A DNA stretch of 45,488 nt, taken from contig JAJTYI010000009.1 in NCBI GenBank assembly GCA_021463645.1, positions 255,269 through 300,756 on the forward strand, given 5' to 3'. A model generated the notes under the pieces. It had not been told where the DNA came from and made no database searches. It worked only from the letters and a program-made list of their open reading frames with translations. The translations under genes were made by a program, and so were the position numbers. This document shows, in pieces, positions 1 to 9,442 of this stretch. The first letter of the stretch is position 1. Each line of letters opens with the position of its first letter. Source of the stretch: a bacterium (GTDB lineage Bacteria > Patescibacteriota > Dojkabacteria > B142 > OLB20).

Positions 1-213
1 TACAAAAGACCATTGTAAATTATTTACATCTATCCAGTTAGTAACAATGAAGAGAGTCCTTTCTGTCAGAAATCCAAAGAATAGATACAAGAAAGTAAAA
101 TCAAATAACTTTTCGTGTTTGAATTTTTCGATAAATGTTCTCCAAGAGAGATATGTGAAAACTACCACAAATATTAGCAGTCCCAGAGTCTTTGGATAAT
201 TAAATAAATCCAT
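1..213 (-). CDS. Partial membrane protein, prolipoprotein diacylglyceryl transferase (Lgt)-like N-terminus; runs off the window
   Basis: Translated by hand: ATG at 213, open for 71 codons, MDLFNYPKTLGLLIFVVVFTYLSWR...EKLFDFTFLYLFFGFLTERTLFIVTNW. Two hydrophobic helices resemble the Lgt N-terminus. Confidence 0.45.
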   Translation of the reverse strand, partial: MDLFNYPKTLGLLIFVVVFTYLSWRTFIEKFKHEKLFDFTFLYLFFGFLTERTLFIVTNWIDVNNLQWSFV

Positions 214-250
214 CGAATAATAAAATTAAACTAATTATGTTTCGATCTTA

Positions 251-1522
251 TTAATATTTTATATCTTTCTCGGATATAATTGCTACAAGAATATTACTAT
301 CTCTGATTACGCCTTCCCATGCCTGAATTATATCTTCTTTTGTAATTAGTTCAATTTCTCTCAATTGTTGGTCCGGGGTTTTGTGTTTCTTATTTAATAT
401 TTTAGATATACCATACCATCCTGCTTTATCTTCTCCTGTTTCAATATTGTCTAGAATTGATGAGATATGATAATTTTTTGCTCTATCTAACTCATCTTGC
501 GAAAAAGATCCTGAGGACAAGTCTTTGAAAGAATTAATGACTTCATCAATTCCCTTCTGTGTTGAACTATTTGCTATTCCAGCTCTGACATAGAATTTAC
601 CTACGTCCTCATAAGTTGCCACACCACCACCAATATAATAAGCAATTCCATGCTTTTCCCTCAAATTCTGAAATAGTCTACTCCCAAATCCATCGGATAA
701 AAGTGTCATACCAATCTTCATAGGATATTCTAGAGGGTGATTCCTTTCATAAGAAATTCCTCCTACGACAACGTGTGATTGTTCTGTTTTCTTTTTGATA
801 TGTAAATGTTTTGTAGATAAATCTCCAAAACGACTTATTGAATCAGCAATAGCTTTTTCTTGAATTTTGTTATCCTTCAGTTGTGCAAAATATTTCTCAG
901 CAATTTGTAATGCAAAATCCTCATTTAATGCACCAGCAATAATCAATTGCATATTTTTTGGTAGGTAGTGATTAGCCTTAAAATCCGATATTGTTTCTAC
1001 TACTATATTTGCCAAAGTATGGGTAGTACCCGCAATATTTCTTCCTAGAGGATGGTTAACGAACAATGACTTATTAAATTCATCTTTTATTTTTTCGGAA
1101 GGAAGATCATCATACATTCGAATTTCCTCTTCAATAACCCCTTTTTCCTTCTCAAATTCTTCTTTTCTGAAAATCGGATTTATAATTATATCCGCAATTA
1201 ATTCAACGGCTTTTTCGAAATTTTTCAGCGGAACCTTTATGTAGTAGCCTGTGTAATCGTATGATGTAAATGCATTAGATAGCCCTCCCAACATCTCCAT
1301 TGCCATCGCAAGCTTATTACTTGTAGGGTGCATTGAAGATCCTTTGAAAAACATGTGTTCAAGAAAATGTGCAGTACCCGAAAATTTTTCGTCTTCATGT
1401 CGCGAGCCAATAGCAACCAATAACATGATAGTTACCGACTGCACATCCAAACCATTTATAAATGTATATGGGAGATTGTTTGATAATTTGTAATCTTTGA
1501 CGAAATAATTCGGTTTTTTCAT
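251..1522 (-). CDS. M16 family (pitrilysin-like) zinc peptidase
   Basis: HFLEHMFFKGS inverted HXXEH motif, SNAFTS, SRLFQNLREKHG. Confidence 0.93.
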   Translation of the reverse strand: MKKPNYFVKDYKLSNNLPYTFINGLDVQSVTIMLLVAIGSRHEDEKFSGTAHFLEHMFFKGSSMHPTSNKLAMAMEMLGGLSNAFTSYDYTGYYIKVPLKNFEKAVELIADIIINPIFRKEEFEKEKGVIEEEIRMYDDLPSEKIKDEFNKSLFVNHPLGRNIAGTTHTLANIVVETISDFKANHYLPKNMQLIIAGALNEDFALQIAEKYFAQLKDNKIQEKAIADSISRFGDLSTKHLHIKKKTEQSHVVVGGISYERNHPLEYPMKIGMTLLSDGFGSRLFQNLREKHGIAYYIGGGVATYEDVGKFYVRAGIANSSTQKGIDEVINSFKDLSSGSFSQDELDRAKNYHISSILDNIETGEDKAGWYGISKILNKKHKTPDQQLREIELITKEDIIQAWEGVIRDSNILVAIISEKDIKY

Positions 1523-2223
1523 TATCTATTCTTTTTCTTTTTACCTTTCTTGTTTTTTTTCTTTTTTTTCGAAGTAGAAATTACCTCATTTTCTGTACTA
1601 ATTTCACTAACATCACTATCTTCTTCTTCGTCATCATCTTTATCATCATAGTTATCATCATCTTTATCTAATCTCTCTTTTAAGCTTGAAACCAAATCTG
1701 AAATTTTACTTTTCAAATTAGGTAATAATTTACGTTTATTAGTAGTGTTATCATTTTGTTTGTCGACACTCACAACTGCACCATCTTGAGCAGATATTTC
1801 AATCTTCCCAATTGTGGGCTCTTCATTCTCTTTGTTCAATGCTACATCAAGATTATAATCAATTTTCTCATCGAGAATCCTCTTAGTGTCGATTTTCAAT
1901 TGTAAGGAAATCACGACCCCATCTTTTCCAGTAAAGTTAGCAACAGGAATATTAATTCCTCCTTCAGGAGAATCATCCCATTCATCTCTGTGACTGGGTC
2001 TAATTAATAAATAAATCAGTAGCAATGGAAAAGAGAGTACCAAGTTCAACAAGGCCAAAATAGCTGCTACCAAAAGATTATTAAATCTAGATTTTGCATC
2101 ATTAAATACCCAGACAGATACAAAAACCCATAATAAAACTAAATATACGACCACAATTTTTGTAACTACCGAATAATCAATTCCTTCGTTAAAACTGATA
2201 AGTTCTAAAATAAAATTTACCAT
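1522..2223 (-). CDS. Hypothetical membrane protein with two N-terminal TM helices and an acidic then lysine-rich tail
   Basis: LWVFVSVWVFNDAKSR and LLIYLLIRP helices; D/E tract followed by a poly-K C-terminus; 1-nt overlap with the next gene. Confidence 0.7.
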   Translation of the reverse strand: MVNFILELISFNEGIDYSVVTKIVVVYLVLLWVFVSVWVFNDAKSRFNNLLVAAILALLNLVLSFPLLLIYLLIRPSHRDEWDDSPEGGINIPVANFTGKDGVVISLQLKIDTKRILDEKIDYNLDVALNKENEEPTIGKIEISAQDGAVVSVDKQNDNTTNKRKLLPNLKSKISDLVSSLKERLDKDDDNYDDKDDDEEEDSDVSEISTENEVISTSKKKKKNKKGKKKKNR

Positions 2224-2242
2224 CTATCAAATATAAAAAATA

Positions 2243-2806
2243 TTATTCGCGGGATGAATATTTCCCGGTCTCTGTGTTAATCTTGATTTTATCTCCAACC
2301 TTTATAAATAACGGAACTAGAATGTTCAGATTATTGCCAACTTTGGCGACTTTTGAAGCTCCTGTTGCTGTATTACCAGCAACTGCAGGTTCGGTATCTA
2401 TAACTTCTAATACAACAGATTTAGGTAAATCAATACTCAAGGGTTCGTCTTCTACAAATAGCACTACAACTTTCAATCCTTCGTAGAGAAAATCAGCCTT
2501 TGTACCAAGGATCTCTCGGTTGAGTTCGTACTGTTCAAAATTTTCATTGTCCATGAAGTAGTAACTGTCTCCTTCACTATATAAAAACTGTGCAGACTTC
2601 TTCTCTGCTGTGAATTCTTCTAATTTTTCTTCATTACTAAAAGTAAGTTCTGTATTAGATCTTGTGACAATATTTTGAACTTTGACTCTAATGACTGCCT
2701 GTCCTCTACCCTTTTTAATGTGTTGGTATTTTAAGACGATGTATTTCTGACCGTCATAAATAAAAAGAGAACCTTCTCTTAATGAATTACTTGCTAGATA
2801 TGCCAT
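2243..2806 (-). CDS. efp: Elongation factor P
   Basis: HIKKGRGQAVIRVK loop, FMDNENFEQ, VPLFIKVGDKIKINT. Confidence 0.96.
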   Translation of the reverse strand: MAYLASNSLREGSLFIYDGQKYIVLKYQHIKKGRGQAVIRVKVQNIVTRSNTELTFSNEEKLEEFTAEKKSAQFLYSEGDSYYFMDNENFEQYELNREILGTKADFLYEGLKVVVLFVEDEPLSIDLPKSVVLEVIDTEPAVAGNTATGASKVAKVGNNLNILVPLFIKVGDKIKINTETGKYSSRE

Positions 2807-2835
2807 TTCACTATGTTTACTTTAATTATTTAACA

Positions 2836-2919
2836 TGCCAAGAGAGGGAATCGAACCCACACCCCCGTGAAGGGACCGGATTTTGAGTCCGGCGCGTCTA
2901 CCAATTCCGCCATCTTGGC
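2836..2919 (-). tRNA. tRNA-Leu(CAA), CCA not encoded
   Basis: Minus strand GCCAAGA...TCTTGGC A; anticodon arm CCGGA-CT-CAA-AA-TCCGG; long variable arm; GGTTCGATTCC. Confidence 0.96.
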
Positions 2920-2925
2920 TATATT

Positions 2926-2985
2926 TACCAACTCGTTCCTCGTAGCCCGACTATTCTGGGCGAAGAGGAATTCCGCCATCTTGGC
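2926..2985 (-). pseudogene. 5' fragment copy of tRNA-Leu interrupted by a 39-nt hairpin (2932-2970)
   Basis: GCCAAGATGGCGGAA[ttcctcttcgcccagaatagtcgggctacgaggaacgag]TTGGTA; flanks are identical to nt 1-21 of the adjacent tRNA. Confidence 0.85.
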
Positions 2986-3063
2986 AATATATACGTTAGT
3001 AGACCATTAATCATGGAAAACGTACATCGATTATAGCGGGAAATCCCTGAAATTAATAGTTCC

Positions 3064-3555
3064 CTATCCCTTTTTTCTTCCCAATTCTCTATTTGAGTTT
3101 AAACCAATTTGGGCAGCCATTTGCCCTGCAATCTTTTGTAAGGCAGCTTTCCTAGCACTAACAGCAGAACCCATCATTTCAATATTTTGATTCAATGATT
3201 CAAGTTTTCCTGAATATTCATTAATTCTATTTCCAATATCCTTCATACCTTTTTTAAGGTATGAGATTTGACCAATAATTTGCTCTTTTTGTGCACGTAA
3301 TTTGCTTAGCTGTTCCGCTACCTGTGGATGATCTGGCCCCAAAGGGTGGTTCTTTACGCTATTTATGGCACCATTTATCTGGTCAAGACCTCCATACATC
3401 CGTTTCAAATTGGACTGTATTTCATTTCGTTGATTTTTCATAGCAGAAACAGCTTCTTTTAGCTTTCCCCTACCTTTCATTGCTTCTTGTTTTTGGCTTT
3501 CTAGGGTAAGCGTTTCCGCCTTAATTTTGTTAATGCTAGCTTGAGCACCTGCCAT
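3064..3555 (-). CDS. Hypothetical coiled-coil protein
   Basis: 163 aa helical heptad-like sequence, co-oriented with neighbours. Confidence 0.65.
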   Translation of the reverse strand: MAGAQASINKIKAETLTLESQKQEAMKGRGKLKEAVSAMKNQRNEIQSNLKRMYGGLDQINGAINSVKNHPLGPDHPQVAEQLSKLRAQKEQIIGQISYLKKGMKDIGNRINEYSGKLESLNQNIEMMGSAVSARKAALQKIAGQMAAQIGLNSNRELGRKKG

Positions 3556-3571
3556 AGTTAAACTGGCTATA

Positions 3572-3910
3572 TTAAGATTGTGGGGTACTTAGATATTCGT
3601 TTCTGAAATTTACTAATACCTGAAGTATTTGTTGTTCTAAATTTGGGATATTAGTTATCAGAAATTCTAAAAGTCTTTCTTGTTCTGGGTTGGTCGCAAC
3701 TAATTGATCGAATTGTAGTTTCTGTTCTTCAGAAAGCATAGGTTCAAAATAATCTACAAGGTTATTACCAAACATATCATAGAGTCTATCAGATTCTTGA
3801 TTTAGGAAATCTATCTCTGTTTCATCACCATATTTTTCTTGAACCAATTGCATCATAAATGAAAGCACATTTTGATCTTTAGGCATACTGGCGTTTTGTG
3901 GGTTGTTCAT
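3572..3910 (-). CDS. Hypothetical acidic helical protein (resembles the CPR DUF5663-type family)
   Basis: 112 aa, MLSEEQKLQFDQL...IPNLEQQILQVL; family assignment from recall only. Confidence 0.55.
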   Translation of the reverse strand: MNNPQNASMPKDQNVLSFMMQLVQEKYGDETEIDFLNQESDRLYDMFGNNLVDYFEPMLSEEQKLQFDQLVATNPEQERLLEFLITNIPNLEQQILQVLVNFRNEYLSTPQS

Positions 3911-3946
3911 ATAAGTTATTTAATAATTATTAAATTTAACATATTT

Positions 3947-5263
3947 TTATTGCTGATGGTATCTATCAATTTCTTTAAATCTTGCCATCTCTTTAACAAA
4001 AAATAACTCAACTGCGCCAGTAGGACCATTTCTATGCTTTGCGACGGTGAGTGTCCTATTATCGCTATTTTCCCCATCTCCTCCTACCCTACTTAGAAAC
4101 AAAACAATATCCGCATCCTGTTCGATTGAACCGGAATCTCGAAGGTCTGACAACATCGGATTTCCATCTGATCTTTGTTCTATTGCACGACTTAACTGAG
4201 AAAGTGCAAGTACAGGTACATTTAACTCTCTAGCTATACCTTTAAGATATCTAGATATTTCAGACACTTCCTGAACCCGACCCTCTCGATTGTTCCCCAC
4301 AATCAGTTGGAGATAATCAACCACAACCATATCCAAACCTTTTTCTAATTTTAATTTCCTTGCTTTTGACCTCAATTCCATAATACTAATACCTGGTGTA
4401 TCATCAATATAAAGATTTGTTTCTGAAAGCATTCCCATCGCATCTGAGATCTTTGGGAAAAATTCATCCTTTATTCTGCCGGTCCTAAGATCCCACAAGC
4501 CCACACCTACTTGCATTGAGAGTAACCTATCCATCAACTGTGCACTAGACATTTCTAAAGAAAAGACGGCAACTGTTTTTTTATCGGTAACTGCGGCATG
4601 CCTTGCTATATCTAATGAAAACGCGGTCTTACCCACGGATGGTCTTGCGGCTAGGATAATTAAATCCGATTTTTGTAATCCACCTAACAAGTTATCTAAA
4701 TATAAAAAGCCAGTAGCTACACCTCTTACTGCTCCTGGGTTTTTGTTCAATTCCTCTGCTCTTTCATATGCATCTTCAAGTAATGTACTTATATGAACGA
4801 AGTCACTTTTACTACTTGTTTCAGAAATTTGAACAAGTGCTTTTTCAGCTTGATCAAGAAGCTCTGAAAGTTCCTTGTCCTCTTCATATGACATCCTTTC
4901 CAAATTTGATGACAACGAAATTATTTTTCTTCTTAAGGATGTTTCTTTTACTAATCGAGCATATTCTTCAACATGTGCAGACGTAGGAACACTACTTACT
5001 AGATCCGACAAGAACTTTACTCCACCAACATCCGCTAATTTTTTCTTTTTTTTGAGAACACTAGAGAGCGTTAATACGTCAACAGCCTTTTGATTAGAGA
5101 ATAGCTCAATACAGGATTTAAATATTAATCCGTTCGTTTTGTCGTAAAAGTCTTCAGAAGTAATTATCTCTGCAATTTTATAAATTGCCTCTGAGTCAAG
5201 AAGAATGGCACCTAAAACAGATTTCTCTGCATCTAGATTTTGTGGAGGTAACTTGATTTCCAA
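3947..5263 (-). CDS. dnaB: Replicative DNA helicase
   Basis: PPQNLDAEKSVLG, AARPSVGKT Walker A, VDYLQL, SDLRDSGSIEQDAD, KHRNGPTG. Confidence 0.98.
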   Translation of the reverse strand: MEIKLPPQNLDAEKSVLGAILLDSEAIYKIAEIITSEDFYDKTNGLIFKSCIELFSNQKAVDVLTLSSVLKKKKKLADVGGVKFLSDLVSSVPTSAHVEEYARLVKETSLRRKIISLSSNLERMSYEEDKELSELLDQAEKALVQISETSSKSDFVHISTLLEDAYERAEELNKNPGAVRGVATGFLYLDNLLGGLQKSDLIILAARPSVGKTAFSLDIARHAAVTDKKTVAVFSLEMSSAQLMDRLLSMQVGVGLWDLRTGRIKDEFFPKISDAMGMLSETNLYIDDTPGISIMELRSKARKLKLEKGLDMVVVDYLQLIVGNNREGRVQEVSEISRYLKGIARELNVPVLALSQLSRAIEQRSDGNPMLSDLRDSGSIEQDADIVLFLSRVGGDGENSDNRTLTVAKHRNGPTGAVELFFVKEMARFKEIDRYHQQ

Positions 5264-5266
5264 TTT

Positions 5267-5824
5267 TTAGTTATTTAATAAATACACTAATAGTTCGGAT
5301 GATTCACTATCAAAGTCCTTTTGAGCAACGTTTAATGTAGGTACTGATTCAATATTCGCAACGCCCAATGCTTTTTTGATGTCTTCTAGCTTAGATTTAT
5401 CTACAAGAGGAACAAAGATATCAGGTTCTAAGTCTGATACAATTTGTAGCTTTTTGTCTAGTTTCGAATCTTCAATTTCAGCTATCAAAATGTTCACATC
5501 TGGTAATTTTTCTATGATAGATTTATCTAAGTTGTCAACATGTGACAATAAATACAGAACTCGAATATTTTCGTTACTATCTAGAAAGATTATGTCTGGA
5601 TGATCAAGATTATCGCCATATGCGAAAATACTGAATAGTATGTCCTCAATTTCATATTCTCCTGGAGCACTCATTACGTTGTTGTCGGGTTCTACAAAAT
5701 CACCAATGTTAACTACGGATGCATACTCAGTTGTGTTAAATTTACCTTCTTTGTGGAATAACACTCGCTTTCCATCAGTATTAACTAATAAATTCTTTTT
5801 TTCTAGTTTTATTTTCATATTCAC
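5267..5824 (-). CDS. Degenerate MBL-fold (Lactamase_B_3-like) protein
   Basis: PGEYEI motif, DVNILI, LEPDIFVP; the HxHxDH metal motif is not evident. Confidence 0.55.
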   Translation of the reverse strand: MNMKIKLEKKNLLVNTDGKRVLFHKEGKFNTTEYASVVNIGDFVEPDNNVMSAPGEYEIEDILFSIFAYGDNLDHPDIIFLDSNENIRVLYLLSHVDNLDKSIIEKLPDVNILIAEIEDSKLDKKLQIVSDLEPDIFVPLVDKSKLEDIKKALGVANIESVPTLNVAQKDFDSESSELLVYLLNN

Positions 5825-5963
5825 AAATCCTAAATTTAAGTAATTATACTATATCATCTAAGACCTTTTTGACTAGTTTATTTGAATTTTTACAGGAACA
5901 TCAATTCCGTTTGTTGTACATAACATAATTAATTGTTATAATTCAAAAGTTTATTTGAAAGAA

Positions 5964-6284
5964 ATGAAAAAAGGGATACATCCAAAATTACATATGAATG
6001 CAAAAGTTACAGATCTCTCATCAGGGACTACTTTTACATTACCAAGCACAAAAGAAGAGATTGTTACAGAAGTTACTAACCTTAGTCATCCCTTTTACAC
6101 AGGTAAACATAGAATTGTAGACACAGAGAACCTTGTAAAGAAATTCGAGAAAAGACGACAAAGTGCAAATATTGACAAAGTTTCTTCAAAAAAGACAAAA
6201 CAGTCACAAAGAAAACAAAGAACAACATCAATCAACACAAAAAACACACTGACTCTTAAAGATATGCTTGCCAAGGTTAAATAA
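5964..6284 (+). CDS. rpmE: 50S ribosomal protein L31 (Cys-free type) with basic C-terminal extension
   Basis: MKKGIHP...SHPFYTGKHRIVDT; ATG at 5964 preferred to TTG at 5955. Confidence 0.93.
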   Translation: MKKGIHPKLHMNAKVTDLSSGTTFTLPSTKEEIVTEVTNLSHPFYTGKHRIVDTENLVKKFEKRRQSANIDKVSSKKTKQSQRKQRTTSINTKNTLTLKDMLAKVK

Positions 6285-6289
6285 CCTAG

Positions 6290-7339
6290 ATGGATAGCAA
6301 AATATATTCCATAATTTCTGAATACGAGAAAATCCTCTCATTACTCACTTCACCCGAAATATATTCTGACCATAAAAAATCTATCGAACTAAATTCTAAG
6401 TTAGACGATCTCAAAGAAAAATATTCCTACGCCAAAAAGATACAAAATTTAAACGAAGAAATTCAAGAAGCCAAAGACTTACTAGAAACAGAGTCAAGTC
6501 CCGATATAATTGAGTTTTACGAGAATGTTATCAGTTCCAACTCATCTCTGCTAACTAATACACAAAGTGAACTAAAGTCAATACTTTCCAAATCAATAGA
6601 ATTACCAAATCCCGGAATAATAGAAATCAGAGCAGGAACTGGGGGTGAAGAATCCAGCCTGTTTGCACAAGACTTATTAAGAATGTATTTAGGATATTTC
6701 GCCTCTCAAGGTTGGCAGGCAAATATTTTATCTGCCAATGAAAGTACACTTGGTGGGATTAAGGAAGTAATAGTTGAGATTACACAAAAAGGATCATATT
6801 CAAAATTAAGGTTTGAAAGTGGTGTACATAGAGTCCAACGTATTCCTAAAACTGAAACTTCCGGTAGAATTCATACCTCGGCAGTTTCAGTTGTAGTATA
6901 CCCTCGTGTCGAAGAACACGAAGTTGAACTTAATCAATCAGATTTAGAAATATACACTTATCGTTCAAGTGGACCTGGGGGACAAAGTGTAAATACCACT
7001 GACTCAGCAATAAGAATTACACACAAACCAACGGGTATTACAGTTACTTGCCAAGACAGCAAGTCTCAACTCAAAAATAAAGAAAAAGCTTTATCTATTT
7101 TAAGAGGAAAACTTTATGACGTTCAGCTCCAAGAATCAAATTCTACAATATCGGAAATTCGTAAATCATCTATTAAATCAGGAGACAGATCTGATAAAAT
7201 TCGCACCTACAACTTTCCACAAGACAGAGTTACTGACCACAGGATTAACAAATCATGGCATGGCTTACCAAATATACTTGGCGGAGACATTGATCAAATT
7301 ATTACAGAGGTTCGGACACAATTAACGTTACCCAAATGA
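6290..7339 (+). CDS. prfA: Peptide chain release factor 1
   Basis: GVHRVQRIPKTE (PxT motif), GPGGQSVNTTDSA, KIRTYNFPQ. Confidence 0.97.
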   Translation: MDSKIYSIISEYEKILSLLTSPEIYSDHKKSIELNSKLDDLKEKYSYAKKIQNLNEEIQEAKDLLETESSPDIIEFYENVISSNSSLLTNTQSELKSILSKSIELPNPGIIEIRAGTGGEESSLFAQDLLRMYLGYFASQGWQANILSANESTLGGIKEVIVEITQKGSYSKLRFESGVHRVQRIPKTETSGRIHTSAVSVVVYPRVEEHEVELNQSDLEIYTYRSSGPGGQSVNTTDSAIRITHKPTGITVTCQDSKSQLKNKEKALSILRGKLYDVQLQESNSTISEIRKSSIKSGDRSDKIRTYNFPQDRVTDHRINKSWHGLPNILGGDIDQIITEVRTQLTLPK

Positions 7340-8229
7340 AACGTTTAGATGAGAACAAACCATATACTTATCATCATGCCATAGATTCAATATCTAAAGC
7401 ATTATCGACATACTATAAAGACCCATATATCTATGCTTTATCAGTAATTAGTTCTGTAACTAAAATGGACAAACAGTTCATTCTAGTAAATATGGATAAC
7501 CCCCTCTCTATAAAACAGATCAAACTGGTAACAAACATAGAGAACAGACTGTTTCAAAGCTACCCTCTTTCGTATATTTTGGGTAACATAGATTTTTATA
7601 GGGAGAACTACGTAATAACTGAGTCAGTTTTAATTCCGAGACCCGAGACTGAGTTGATTGTGGAAGAAGCTATTACTTTCGTTAATAACTTTAACAAAAA
7701 ACGACAATTTAAAATATTAGAGATTGGTACGGGATCAGGTTGTATTTCAATTTCAATTTTAAATAACATCAAAAACAACAATGTTCAAATTGTTGCTACA
7801 GATATTTCTGAGAGCGCACTGAAGATTGCTCAGAGAAATGTAAATATTAATTTACAGAAATCTCGACGTAGTAGAATTATGTTTGTCGAGCAAGATATAT
7901 TGACTGAACTCCCAAGTGAGTGTTTTGATTTAATCATCTCGAATCCTCCGTATATACCTCTTGACGAATACAAAAAGTTGGAAAAGTCACTATACTATGA
8001 ACCAGAAATAGCACTAACTGATTTTTCTAATGGATTGAGATTCTACAAGCGTTTGGCTTTGTCAGTAAAGAATAATTTAAATACTGGTGGCATGGCTATA
8101 TTTGAAATACATTCAATGAATACAGAAAATACATTAAAAGTATTTAAGGAGATTCTAGGTAAAAAAACAATACTAATGATACTGAAAGACACCTTTGGTA
8201 GAGATAGGTTTCTTAAAATACTTACTTAG
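7336..8229 (+). CDS. prmC: Release factor glutamine methyltransferase
   Basis: VLIPRPETE, EIGTGSGCI, SNPPYI; ATGA overlap with prfA. Confidence 0.95.
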   Translation: MKRLDENKPYTYHHAIDSISKALSTYYKDPYIYALSVISSVTKMDKQFILVNMDNPLSIKQIKLVTNIENRLFQSYPLSYILGNIDFYRENYVITESVLIPRPETELIVEEAITFVNNFNKKRQFKILEIGTGSGCISISILNNIKNNNVQIVATDISESALKIAQRNVNINLQKSRRSRIMFVEQDILTELPSECFDLIISNPPYIPLDEYKKLEKSLYYEPEIALTDFSNGLRFYKRLALSVKNNLNTGGMAIFEIHSMNTENTLKVFKEILGKKTILMILKDTFGRDRFLKILT

Positions 8230-9442
8230 AAAGTAGTAGTTCTAAAGCCTTTTTCTCTTGTTCCTCATTATCTTCTACCTCATGATTTGGGGTTATTGGC
8301 TCATCCTCCGTTATATTTCTTCCACTTGGTGTTAACCACTTTTGGAAGACAATTTGCAACATTGAACCGTCAGAGAGATTGATTAACTTCTGCTCTACTC
8401 CTTTTCCTACTGTTTTTGTTCCAACAACTTGCGCCCTATCATTATCCTGCATAGCTCCTGCAAAGATTTCCGAAGAAGATGCGCTACCTTCATTTACGAT
8501 AACAACCATGGGAATATCTAATAAGCGCCCTTCCCTATTCACTTTGAATTGAGATTTTCTTCCAGATCTTTCTTGTTCTTGGAAAACTATTGCCCCCTTC
8601 GGAAGAAATTCACTAACTGAATAACGAACTGCATCTACAAAACCACCAGGATTATTTCTTAAATCTACAATCAAACCCTTTGGGTTATCTTTAATTATTT
8701 GGTCAATATTTGCATCCCATTCTATGTTAAAAGTCTCTACATCAGCTTCAGTAAATTGATATACTTTTAACATTTTTATCCCATCCTCGAGGTCAACTAC
8801 CTCGATATTCTTCAGGTCAATCTTCTGTCTAATTATTTCCACATCATTCGTTTCATTACTACTTGGACGGTAATATGTAATCATCACTTTTGAATTTGCT
8901 TCCCCACGTATATTTTGAGCTACCTCAACAACAGATTTTCCTTGCATGTCTACCTCATCGACCTCAAGTATGACATCTTTGGACTTCAAACCTGCTTTTT
9001 GAGCAGGAGAACCATCGATAGGGCTTTCGATAATAACAAACTCACCTTCCTGCGCAAGGGTGGTTCCTATTCCCTCAAACTCCCTTTTGTTCCCACTCAA
9101 ATACTCTTGTGTCTCCTCCGGAGTTAGAAAACTTGTGTACCGATCGTCAAGACCTTTTACTAATCCGTCTACAGCTCCATAAAGCAATTCTTGACCATCG
9201 ATGTCTTCTGTATCTATGTATTCCCTTTCAATTTCTGACCAAACTTCCCACAGTAGTCCTACATCTACATTCTTTCTTTCTGTAAGTCTATCCCCTGTGA
9301 TTTGGTATTTCTCTGGGACTATCTCTGCATTTCCAAATAAATCAATTTTCCCTATGTAAAAGCCAGCTACAAATATTGCAATTATTAATATAAAAATAAT
9401 AAGGTATTTAGGACCTCCATTGTTATTTACTCTCTGTATCAT
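8222..9442 (-). CDS. ctpA: S41 family carboxyl-terminal processing protease with PDZ domain
   Basis: FEGIG, DLRNNPGG, SASSSEIFAGA, TVGKG; N-terminal TM anchor. Confidence 0.92.
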   Translation of the reverse strand: MIQRVNNNGGPKYLIIFILIIAIFVAGFYIGKIDLFGNAEIVPEKYQITGDRLTERKNVDVGLLWEVWSEIEREYIDTEDIDGQELLYGAVDGLVKGLDDRYTSFLTPEETQEYLSGNKREFEGIGTTLAQEGEFVIIESPIDGSPAQKAGLKSKDVILEVDEVDMQGKSVVEVAQNIRGEANSKVMITYYRPSSNETNDVEIIRQKIDLKNIEVVDLEDGIKMLKVYQFTEADVETFNIEWDANIDQIIKDNPKGLIVDLRNNPGGFVDAVRYSVSEFLPKGAIVFQEQERSGRKSQFKVNREGRLLDIPMVVIVNEGSASSSEIFAGAMQDNDRAQVVGTKTVGKGVEQKLINLSDGSMLQIVFQKWLTPSGRNITEDEPITPNHEVEDNEEQEKKALELLLSK

